A DNA stretch of 62,888 nucleotides, the filler included, from Collodictyon triciliatum (Eukaryota): NCBI GenBank assembly GCA_043381765.1. It is 9 parts of 9 records of this genome, joined end to end, with 100 filler letters (N's around TTAATTAATTAA, not from the genome) between each part and the next. Parts side by side here need not be neighbours in the genome. Positions count along the whole stretch, not along the records: positions 42,923 to 53,037 come from JBHJMP010004089.1; positions 53,138 to 60,181 come from JBHJMP010004090.1; 7 more parts are not named here. One strand, given 5' to 3'. Of this stretch, positions 50,284-60,281 are shown piece by piece. Under the pieces are notes generated by a model. That model was given only the letters and a program-made list of their open reading frames with translations, ran no database searches and had not been told where the DNA came from. How positions within the stretch are numbered: position 1 is the first letter of the stretch; each line of letters starts with the position of its first letter. The position numbers were made by a program, and so were the translations under genes.

Positions 50284-51873
50284 ATGGCAGATTTTCCGAC
50301 AGAAGCAAAGTACATGCGTATTAAAAATTACAATGACAAAGTTTTGGCAAGACACACAACCAGAATTAGTCCGTTCAATGGTTCCGTATTTGGACCAAGA
50401 GCAATTGACCGAATACTTTTTAACATACCTTCCGAAACTGGAATGGAAATTGATATGGACACTTTGATGTTTCACTTTGACGCTCAAATCGATTTGGGTG
50501 CGGCTGCACTTTCTGATACCAGAGTAATGTTTTTAAATTCAATTGAATCAATTATTCAAACTCTCCGAATAAGGAAAGGCACATCTTTCCTAATTGAGGA
50601 TATTCAACGGTATAACTACTTGGACTCAATGTTTATGAATTATCTTAGTTCTGATTATAATAATTGTGTAGGAAATGCAATGATGGGAATAGGTCCTGTT
50701 ACTGATAGATTTCAAACAATAACTACCGCTGCAGGTGCACCTGCCAATCGATATAATACCAAAAAAAACTATTGTATCCCGTTTAGGTTGTCAGGTATTT
50801 CCAATTATAGCGGGTTGATTAGCACTTCATTGATTGACCAGGTTAGTGCCTTCCAATTCGAAATTGAGCTGGCTCCTGCATCAGATGCAATTCAAGTCAA
50901 TCGAATAACTATAGGTGCAGGCGCAAATGGATCGGCTGCTTTTGGTGGAGCACCTGCCGATGCAACATATATAATTAATAATTGTTATTTGAGTTACGAT
51001 TTAGTGAGAATGTCACCGGATTATCACGCTCAGCTACAATCAAGTATTAATCGCGGAATTCCTTTGCAAATCCCATATAAGACCTGGCGCACAAGTATGT
51101 ATTCAATTGACGGAACAAATACTAGTTTTACTCTAAATATTAATGACACGGTCAAAAGTTTGAATAGTGTGTTTGTTGCATTCTTTCGACAAGATGAACA
51201 AGGTAAACTAACAATTAGTGGTAAGGACAGGAAACACAAGCCTGCAAATTTAAAGACAGTACAGCTTCAGTTAGGTTCATTCTATTACCCGTTACAACCC
51301 TGTGATTGCACGCTACAAGCTACTCAAGCTTTCCTCGAGCTTCAGAAGGCGCTGGGTCTTGCATTTGTCCGGTCAGAGTACAACGGGCCTTATGGATTTG
51401 ATGGCAAATATTATTCAGATACCTATCCAAATACCAGTGCGAATTTACTCACACCTAATGGGTTTGCTGCTGACCAGCCCACTGCATTATTAAATCCATT
51501 TGGCGTTGCTTATACTGCTCCTATTGCCGGAGTAGATGGTTTGGCATATACAGCAAATTATGCAGGTGTTGGTGTACAAGCAGGAACAGTTCTAGCTAAT
51601 AATGCTCCTGCTAGTTCAGCGAGATTTGCTACAGAAGCAGGAGGTAGTCCGTGCACAGAATTCCTAATCGGGTTTAATATGCGGAAAGTTCTTGATGCGA
51701 CCGAAGGGGAAATAGTCGGTACAGATATCCAGTCTTCCGGATCGGGCTTGATGACATTAAGATTAGAATTTAATACCGGTGGTCCTGCAGTTGCATATAA
51801 CATAGTTGTAGCTTCGCTGTATGATGCCGTACTGGAAATTCAATCCAACCAACAGGCATTCCGTGTAGAATAA
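50284..51873 (+). CDS. 529-aa putative double-jelly-roll major capsid protein (Polinton-like-virus type)
   Basis: Motif order recalled from PLV capsids: ISPFNGSVFGP, ILFNIP, IDMDTLMFHF, SIIQTLRI, LIEDIQRYNYL, YCIPF, FEIELA, IPYKTW, KSLNSVFVAF, QLQLGSFYYP, AFLELQKAL, FLIGFN, GTDI, LRLEF, YDAVLEI. Size and beta-rich pattern fit. Confidence 0.82.
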   Translation: MADFPTEAKYMRIKNYNDKVLARHTTRISPFNGSVFGPRAIDRILFNIPSETGMEIDMDTLMFHFDAQIDLGAAALSDTRVMFLNSIESIIQTLRIRKGTSFLIEDIQRYNYLDSMFMNYLSSDYNNCVGNAMMGIGPVTDRFQTITTAAGAPANRYNTKKNYCIPFRLSGISNYSGLISTSLIDQVSAFQFEIELAPASDAIQVNRITIGAGANGSAAFGGAPADATYIINNCYLSYDLVRMSPDYHAQLQSSINRGIPLQIPYKTWRTSMYSIDGTNTSFTLNINDTVKSLNSVFVAFFRQDEQGKLTISGKDRKHKPANLKTVQLQLGSFYYPLQPCDCTLQATQAFLELQKALGLAFVRSEYNGPYGFDGKYYSDTYPNTSANLLTPNGFAADQPTALLNPFGVAYTAPIAGVDGLAYTANYAGVGVQAGTVLANNAPASSARFATEAGGSPCTEFLIGFNMRKVLDATEGEIVGTDIQSSGSGLMTLRLEFNTGGPAVAYNIVVASLYDAVLEIQSNQQAFRVE

Positions 51874-51889
51874 AATATTGATATAAGTA

Positions 51890-52048
51890 ATGGAACCGAT
51901 TACGATAATTTCATTACTTATGACTTGTGTATTAGTTTTAGAAAGACTGTGGAAATACACAGTTGATCATTTGAAAAGGTCGAGCTGCTGTGGTGGGACA
52001 GTTGAATTCAAAAGTGAAAAGGACCTGCTACATAATGTTGCGATCTAG
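51890..52048 (+). CDS. 52-aa single-pass membrane protein with SxCCG motif (absent from the supplied ORF track)
   Basis: MEPITIISLLMTCVLVLERLWKYTVDHLKRSSCCGGTVEFKSEKDLLHNVAI then stop; begins 16 nt after the capsid stop. Confidence 0.7.
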   Translation: MEPITIISLLMTCVLVLERLWKYTVDHLKRSSCCGGTVEFKSEKDLLHNVAI

Positions 52049-52138
52049 AAATTTTATAAATTGAAATTTTGTTTATGTTCATCTCATAAACCAAATCCCC
52101 TTTCAAACTTTTATATAGACCCTCTACTACTTTTTGGT

Positions 52139-52220
52139 AAAGGAGTTGTTAGGTTTCTATAAACTTTATAGTTTTATACTTGTGTATATAAGGATGTGTA
52201 TATACTTGTGCATAGTAATA
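52139..52220 (+). repeat. 82-bp direct repeat, copy 2 (upstream of the 142-aa ORF; contains TATATAA)
   Basis: 81 of 82 positions identical to 45417-45498. Looser similarity extends on both sides (CAAACTTTT; TCAACC..CCTTTAC; GCACAAGCCC). Confidence 0.95.
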
Positions 52221-52269
52221 ATAAATAACAATCAACCTCCCTTTACAATAGAAGCACAAGCCCTTTACA

Positions 52270-52698
52270 ATGGTCCAAGGAAGAGACTTTTACATTCGTT
52301 TTATTGACGCAGACGATTATGTGTTTACGGACATTGTGTACAACAATGACATGAATGATTACGAGATTAGGTTCACGCAGGGTGAGGCTGATGGCTACAC
52401 AATTAAGTGGGAAGGCTATGGGAAGCTGACATTGTCTGATGGCAGGACCCGGGCAGTGTGGAGGACAACAATGGAAGATGTTGTTAGGGTTCACGTGCAT
52501 TTTGAAGGCTATGGCCCAGGCGATGAAGTTACTCAAAGAACTGTAGATGAGTGTAACAATGCTGTCCGAGGTGCTGTGTGGGGATGCTTGAATGTGCCGC
52601 CTGAAGTTACACAAGCACGGAAGCGCGAGATGTACAAGATGACCAAGATGCTGCTGATTCGTTTTGTGATGATGCTGCGAGACTTCCACGCTGAATAA
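52270..52698 (+). CDS. 142-aa orphan protein of the viral element
   Basis: Clean intronless ORF. CCCTTTACAAT is duplicated just before and over the start (52239-52249, 52261-52271), and AATAAA overlaps the stop. Confidence 0.7.
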   Translation: MVQGRDFYIRFIDADDYVFTDIVYNNDMNDYEIRFTQGEADGYTIKWEGYGKLTLSDGRTRAVWRTTMEDVVRVHVHFEGYGPGDEVTQRTVDECNNAVRGAVWGCLNVPPEVTQARKREMYKMTKMLLIRFVMMLRDFHAE

Positions 52699-52703
52699 AA
52701 AGA

Positions 52704-52817
52704 CCAGAAGGTTCCAGAACTTTCTCAAACATTCGTTGCCAAATCTGGAATTTATGTTTAAATATTCCAGAAGGTTCCAGAAGATTCCGCAAAGATGTTG
52801 CCAAATCTGGAATTTAT
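52704..52817. repeat. Two imperfect tandem units (period 63 nt) with internal inverted repeats
   Basis: CCAGAAGGTTCCAGAA at 52704 and 52767; GTTGCCAAATCTGGAATTTAT ending at 52755 and 52817; TTCCAGA and TCTGGAA are reverse complements. Confidence 0.85.
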
Positions 52818-52876
52818 CCATAAAAGGAAGGTAGATTGGGTATATAAATGGGGATAGATTAAATAAAAGAATAAAG

Positions 52877-52918
52877 TGATATTATATTTATCTATATAGT
52901 TAGATAAATATAATATCA
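52877..52918. repeat. Perfect 18-bp inverted repeat with 6-nt spacer at the element/host boundary
   Basis: TGATATTATATTTATCTA-TATAGT-TAGATAAATATAATATCA, followed immediately by (TTTTA)n and T-rich (T5-6G)n microsatellite. Confidence 0.9.
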
Positions 52919-54840
52919 TTTTATTTTATTTTATTTTATTTTATTTTATTTTATTTTATTTTTGTTTTGTTTTTTGTTTTTTGTTTTTTGTTTTTTGTTT
53001 TTTGTTTTTTGTTTTTTGTTTTTTGTTTTTTGTTTTTNNNNNNNNNNNNNNNNNNNNNNNNNNNNNNNNNNNNNNNNNNNNTTAATTAATTAANNNNNNN
53101 NNNNNNNNNNNNNNNNNNNNNNNNNNNNNNNNNNNNNCCCCCCCCCCCCCCCCCCCCATTGGCTGATTCATTCTTTTGCAAACGTTATACACTAATGTAT
53201 GAATCAATTTATCCTTCTTTGAAGTGGCCTCACTTGGCGTTAGCTCTGTGAACTCTGGGTCAGAAAGCAAGTCTTCAAACATGTCTGGCCCGCTCATGCC
53301 TGCCGTTGTGGGTGTCGGGGCTGCCCTGGGGTGCGTGATTGGCGCGGTTGCCACAGCCACCATCATAAAACGCCGTCGACTTGCCGCCTACTCCGAAGTG
53401 TAGAGCACACATATCCGTCAAGACGGGACAGTCTGGTTGGCAAAGAGGATATAATTCGGCCTCGTGGAGCAAATGATGCGATGCGAAAGAAGGAACAATA
53501 AATCCGTCTTTTCTTTATGCCATATTTGATGTGAGTCTCGGCACTATGAAAAGACCCAAAGAGCATGACATGCCCTTTTGGATATTTCAAATGTAAACAA
53601 GCAGATTGCAATGATTGCATAAACTTTTGATGACCACGAGGACAGTTTGAAAAAGTAAAACTGCATTGAGTTTGTGCCATGGCCGATTTTTTTTTTTTTT
53701 GTATATCTCCAACCTTATTTCCTCCCTAACTGCTTCTTAAGTCCTATTCATCTCACTTGTTGTTGGAACAGCTTCTCATAAGACAGGCAATAGTCAAGAC
53801 CTTCGATCACATAAAGCAGGGTTGGATATAGCATAAAAAGGACGGATTTTTGATGGCGTGTTGTTGGGAGTGACATAATTTGCTGTGTGGGTTGTGATGA
53901 AGCGTGTTGTGACGAATTTTTATTTTTTATTTTTTTCAAGACATATTTGCTCTACTTTATTTAATACAGCTTCTTGAATAAATTAATATAAAGGTTTACG
54001 GGATAGCCCGCTACATCAACAATTCAGAGGAACTAATCCATGTGTTTATTTCGAACGGAACGACTTTCTGATTATTTCACTTTTTGAAAATTATATAGCA
54101 TGTAGTATGCCTGAGATATCAAAGAGTGTATACGTTTACGATTGTGTATCTGTCTGTGTGGTGATTCGGACATGAAAGTAATAAAAAAAAAGGTACGGGC
54201 TTGGAGATTACGATTCTTGTTCTTTCGTTCCTTTATTCGTTTGAAAGGACTTGATTTTTATATGAAGAATCAATTCACATCACAGCGTCCCATTCTCCTT
54301 GAAGCTTTGCTCTCTCTGTTCAAAGTATTTGGTCGGAGTTCGGATTCTGTTGGTGGTGCCTATCATATCATGATGGTGAGAGAGAACTAAGGCATGGACG
54401 ATTTAGAAGTAGATTTGTTAAGACAACTAAATTGGAATAGGTCTTAACAAAAAACAAAAAAATATAAAAAGGGTATCTTACATGCTCATACAGGGTCAAT
54501 TTGGTGAGTTGTTTATAATGAGGATTAATCGATTCCCTCCAACAAGGGAGATCTGTAATTTTTATAGGAGCCTTTTTTATCTTTGAGTTTCCCATCTCAT
54601 TTTCTAAGTGCAAGACACAGAGATTGGTAAGGGCAGTGACCCCAACAGGAAGTTCGCGTGCCTATAAAATCATGAAATAGATATAAGCGGAAGAACTTTG
54701 AAAAGAGAAAGAGAAAGAGAAAGAGAAAGAGAAAGAGAAAGAGAAAGAGAAAGAGAAAGAGAAAGAGAAAGAGAAAGAGAAAGAGAAAGAGAAAGAGAAA
54801 GAGAAATCCGGAGACTAATGTACGAACGAAAAGTTGAAAT

Positions 54841-57800
54841 TCACCGTACCGGATTATCATATACATCCATATGTGAGAGATTCCTTAAACTTGAGACTTC
54901 ATTTGGAATGGCAGAGAGTTTATTTGCATATAGGTTGAGTTCTCTGAGGGACTCTAGCCGTGATATTTCAGGAGGCAGCAATGATAATTTATTGCTGTGC
55001 GCACTAAACTTAGTGAGAGATGTCAACCCTGAAATGCCAGATGGCAACAAAGAGATTCGATTCTTGTGAACCAACAAGACCTTGAGAAACGATAATCTTG
55101 ATAATTCGTGTGGTAGACATATAAGTTGGTTATTAGCGACAGATAATTCCATGAGACTTGTCAATCCAGATATTTCTACAGGCAGCGAAGATAATACATT
55201 GTCGTCTGCGCTTAATCTTGTTAGAGCCGTCAATCGAGTGATTTTAGCGGGCAGTGAAAGCAACTACAGGGCATATAAAACAATTATTTAATATCGGGTC
55301 TGGATGTGTAGATATTGATGTCAACTCGACAAAAATTTTAAATTTGTTAGAGTTAAATACATATGTCCCCCCCCCCCCCATCTTTATTCAAAGTCAAATA
55401 TATTTATATAATATTATTGTAAATTATATAGTTGAAAAAATACCATGTTATCAGACAAGTCTAATTTTCTCAGAGTTTTCAAAGTCAGGCAGTGTTCAGG
55501 TAACGAATATATCTATATAATAGGATGATTTCAGAGAATATAGGTATTCTACGCTAACATCATGATGTTGTGGTATATATAGTTATTTGTTTCCCATGAT
55601 GTAAGAGCAGCGCACTTACTTTGTTCGAATGTAAATATAACGTCTTTAACCCAGTCAAGTATTTTATAAATTCAGGGATTTGAGAGAGATTTTTTCCGGC
55701 CATCCACAATATGGAAGCCCTTTGAACACCATGCTCGTCAGGGGTACATCGTATGTTCATCTGCTGTATTTCTTTGATTTTCTCTTCAATCCTGTTATCA
55801 CGCACGGTTTTTGAGGATGTAAGTATGCTTGGCTGCATATGGTCGTTTATGAAATGCGAAGCAAACGAAGCCTCTTGTTCTGTAATTGAGTAATTTGTAT
55901 ACACATCAGGTTGATGAAGCTTTGACATTAGTTCTCCGTTTAATTTCATGCCCTTCATCTTTTCAAGTAGCTGTTTTGAATGTTTGTCAGATTTCTTTTT
56001 TAAATAATCTATTATCTGGTAGTGACTTAATTCTCTGACAGGTTTCATTACAGTAGTTGTTATATCCATACTTGCATTTTGGTGGGATAGATGAACAAAC
56101 GCAGTGATATCCGAGGGACTCAAGTGGTACATACGAATCATATCCTCTTCATTCAACCTCTCCAGAATATTGGTCACTTTGTCCCAATTCTCATAACTTA
56201 TTCTCATTCCCAGCTTTTTAAAGTCATGTTCTCGAAGCCACTCTACAAATTCACAACGATACATATCTATCAGAGTAGTATATTCAATCGGAAGTAGCTG
56301 AACAATCGAGTCTTGGGATAGCATTAAGCCAGTGGATAGCACCCTATTAACATATTCAAGTACCATCTTTAAGCTAGGGCGACATTTGTAGTTCTGCCTC
56401 CAACAAGCCATTATTAAATGCTGTACTTCAAAAGCTGCTTCTTTGCACATTTCAGGTCTCAATCCTTTTATAATAAAACTCTGAGGTTGAATCTCATTCT
56501 TGAATGGTTCAATACCAGAAGTCATATACCAAACCAACATCCCTAATGCAAAGACATTGCTTGGTTCTCCACGATGCCCCAAGTTCGAACCATCACCTCC
56601 GTACACAGAATCATCCTCGTAATAAGGTTTGCAAACAACTGCATTAATTTCAGGAGCTTGCCAATTTGAAGTCCCTGCTTGTCTGTCTTCTCCAAAACGC
56701 GTCGGAAGATTGGAACCAACTTTTTCAAGGGAGCGCCGGCTCACAATTCCAAAATCTATAATTTTTACAAGATCTTTCGCAATCATAATGTTATCAGCTT
56801 TTAAATCCTCGTGATAAAGATGGGTAGATTGCATAAATTTCAGGCCTTCACATATTTGCCTTGTATAGTTCAGTATCTGAAATGAACTAGGCATTCTCTT
56901 ATATCTTTCTATGAGTGTTTTGAGCGAAATACCAGCGTGCTCCATAATCATGAAAAAATCGTTGTCTTTGCGATATACTCCAAATAAATTGACGATATTT
57001 TGGTGATTGCTGCATTCATATAGGTATTTGCTTTCAAATATAAGGGACTCAATCATATCACTCATGTTTTGTCTGTTTGTCTGCACAATTGTTTGAATTT
57101 TGACGACAGCATCCTTACCTTCATACTTTGTTTTGTAGACACGGCCGAATGCACCTCTTCCAATATATTCAACCAGTTCTACCCGTTCATCTATCCATAT
57201 GTCCTTTAGATTCTCGTCGATGGATACCAGTTTCAAATCATTTTCAGGTTTGTTAGCGAGCCTTCCTTTTCTCTTTCTTGCTTGAGACTTTATTGATATA
57301 CCTAATAAAGCCAAAATCTTGAATGGTTTTTCTTTCTACAAAAAATTCGTTCGATAGAATAAAATGTAGATGATTTTAATTACCTTGTTCCATAAATACG
57401 CGCCCTTGTTTCACAACATTTATGTCCAATCGGTGCTTTCTGGAACAAATCTCCAGATCAGTCTCATCAAATTTTGTTGATAATTGGATGTAACCGCTCA
57501 TTCCATTTAGTCGACAGGTTGGACATTCAAATACACAGCATCGAATAAAGTTCGGTCGAATGGACAGGATTTGTTTGGTTATGCACGAAAGAACATCAAA
57601 AATAAAAATCAAAGGGCAATACTCAAGGTCCTCATTCGTTTCATACCTCCGAACATTAACATATATTTTATCTTTGTGAATATGATATAAAACAATGAAT
57701 TCTTGACCTGGAAGTAATTTGATTTTTTTTGATCCTGGTTCATAACTTGACTTTAGGTGTATAAAAGCTAAATCCTTAAAAAAATGATTTTCATATTGAA

Positions 57801-60181
57801 CACCTACGGGAGCACCTTTTGTCAAACGAAGTGCTTGGGTTATAGTATGGCTCTGGTCGGAAAGTTGAATCTCACCATTCGTAATCATAGTTACTGATAT
57901 CTCTGATATGCAGTCTGACTCTGGATCTTTATTCCATATGGAATAAATATTGTAACAAGGCTCCATTAATGAAGGAAAGGCAATACATTCTTCATTGAAA
58001 TGAATTCCTAGTCCAAAATGATCAAATATGCTCACAATCGTGGAGAAGACTTGTTCATCGATAAGAATATTTAATTCTTGCTGGATTTTATCCTTTATTT
58101 TCTGTAACAGTATAATACCATTAGAGTTTTGACCAACACCTCTAAAACTAAAAATACAACGGAATACATTGACCAGAAAAAGTGGGTCCAAAAACACAAT
58201 ATCTCTTATAAAGCCAAAATCTGAATACCAAACAACAGAACCAAGGTCATGAAGGAACCTAAGAGAACTGTCAGACTGATATTCATCCATTCCTAATTGT
58301 TTCTTTGCAAAGTTGTATGTGTCTTGGATTGTTTCGTACTTTACTATTTTTGCCTTGGATTCTAGGTATTCCTTCAGATAAAGATACGAATCAGGAACAT
58401 ATCCATTGTTTATGTTTTCCAACTGTGTCATTCCGGTGTAAATTGCTTTCTTCAAATCAGATATTCCTGTGCCATATTTGTTGCTCACAAGTATTCTTGT
58501 GTTGACAAAAGTGTGTGACTTATTTTCTTTTTGAAAATCTTCTATCACTTCGGTCATTTCCTTGACATATACAGGGTTCTGACAATCATAATGCGTCCCA
58601 GCAATAATGATTCTCGAACCAGGAGCAAAATCATCGAGCATTTTAACCCAGCGACCAAGGTTATTCATTTCTTTATTTCGATCGAGTCTGTATAATATTA
58701 ATACAAGCGCTCCAAATGACAAAAAGAACGGATGGGTAACTTGAAATTCCTGTTGCCCTCCAAAATCCCATATCCGAACTGATATTGGCTCCTCTGAATC
58801 ACAGAGAGTCAAATCATGTATGAAAAGTTCAACCTGCTCAACGCCATCAGTTTGGTTTCGCTCTTTACATTCATTTAGGCAAAATTCATTTGAATCCTGT
58901 GTGATTGACTTTGTAAGAGTGGTTTTTCCTGTCTCACCTTCTCCTAGTAACAATAATCTTCCTTGCCTCCATTTTGATATACCATGAGTTGATGCCAGGA
59001 GGAAGTCAAAAATGGCCTCTGATCCTTTTTTCAACACATTTTTCGGAACATTTTTGATTGGATTCCCGCAAAGAACTAGGCCATTTCTTAGGGCCTTGTT
59101 AAAACCGATAAATAAGGGTATTTCTTCGATCTATATAAACAAGGTAAAACGTTGAATAGACTAATTTAAGTGCAATAGAAGAATGCATGATTAATGAGAC
59201 TAGTCTTTTTTTTTTTTTTTGCTTTAAAATCCTTGTCTACGCATATAAAATAAGCAACAACATATACCTGATTAAAAGACATATTCAGTTTTTCTAGGTG
59301 TACGAGATTAGAAATGGCCCTAGGAACTTCTGTAAGCTAATATGATAATAAAGTTAAGTAACACAGCAAATACATAAGAGGCAGAAACGAATATAGAACA
59401 CGAACTTTAATTAGTGTATTAGGAAAACCTGGGCTTGAGATATATCGAGATACTTAATCCATATCATTTTTCCAAACCACTCGTTATTATAGTTAATCTA
59501 CATTTTTTTTTAAGAGCAAAGGAATACACATCAAAATTTATATGTGATTTCATAAGCAATTTGGTATTTCGATTCCAATATGATGGAATTAGAAAATCAC
59601 ATTATTGGCAGACGCGTCCAAATACTTAATCGAGGTCATTACAGACAGAATTTCAGGCAATTCTGTAAACTATTAAATACATAAGATGAGTTGGATGATT
59701 GATCACAAGCGTTCAAAATTTTGTTTCTTTGCTATTTATAGAGTTTAATGCTTACCTTATTATGACCAATACTCAGATACGTCAAATTTGTTAAACATGG
59801 AAGACTCGGAGGCAATACAGATACGTTCATTCCATAGAAGCTGAGCAACTGAAACTCTGTTTGATTTTCGCTGGGAATCCACCCTGGCTCCATAGCTTCA
59901 TTACCCTATTACCCCGAGAAAAAAAAGAGGGTTAATAGTATAGCCCAATAAATATTTTTTTTTATTGATTTATTTAAAAGAGGATTCTGGTCACCAAGAA
60001 TTCGTAGAGTTCCAGTGAACGGATGTGCTCCCGATCCCCGTTGGTTGTATTCCAACAAGGTAGATTCTTGATTCCGTGAGGTGCTCTCTTGATGGTTTGC
60101 CCTGCTCCCGAATTTATCCAAAGTTCCTCCAAATTCGTGAGTCCTGTGGTTTGCGGAGGTAGCTCTTCCATCTTTTGACAT
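54841..60181 (-). CDS. Roco-family protein: LRR-Roc GTPase-COR-TKL kinase-LRR, multi-exon, 5' truncated
   Basis: LRR exons at 59270-60180. Roc motifs GEGETGKTT, WDFGGQ, GTHYD and VSNK. COR LRFLHDLGSVVWY...VFLDP. An intron at ~57337-57383 joins this to the kinase (IGRGAFGRVY, VVK, HEDLKADN, IIDFG, GTSNWQAPE). Further LRRs follow (LTSLMELSVANNQLICLPHEL). One more small 3' exon is possible. Confidence 0.88.
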
Positions 60182-60281
60182 NNNNNNNNNNNNNNNNNNN
60201 NNNNNNNNNNNNNNNNNNNNNNNNNTTAATTAATTAANNNNNNNNNNNNNNNNNNNNNNNNNNNNNNNNNNNNNNNNNNNN

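Larger units (their letters stand above)
42923..52925. mobile_element. Polinton-like virus / virophage-like element (morphogenesis module and right end; left part missing)
   Basis: Intron-free, microsatellite-free block, several gene gaps of only 14-36 nt, a putative capsid gene, a fibre and a penton-like remnant. The right end abuts host-type microsatellite. No polymerase, packaging ATPase or integrase is present in the visible part. Confidence 0.85.

Noticed and set aside
52704-52817. CRISPR-like repeat-spacer array
   Set aside because: Only two imperfect units with similar intervening sequence, no cas genes and a eukaryotic context.
42923-53037. Tailed bacteriophage or bacterial contaminant
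   Set aside because: The capsid candidate looks jelly-roll rather than HK97-like, no Shine-Dalgarno motifs precede the ATGs, no terminase or portal is visible, and the end joins eukaryote-type microsatellite. Not fully excluded without searches.
53138-53680. Short minus-strand ORFs next to the viral contig as further viral genes
   Set aside because: They lie beyond the spacer, on the Roco contig, and have no recognisable motifs.
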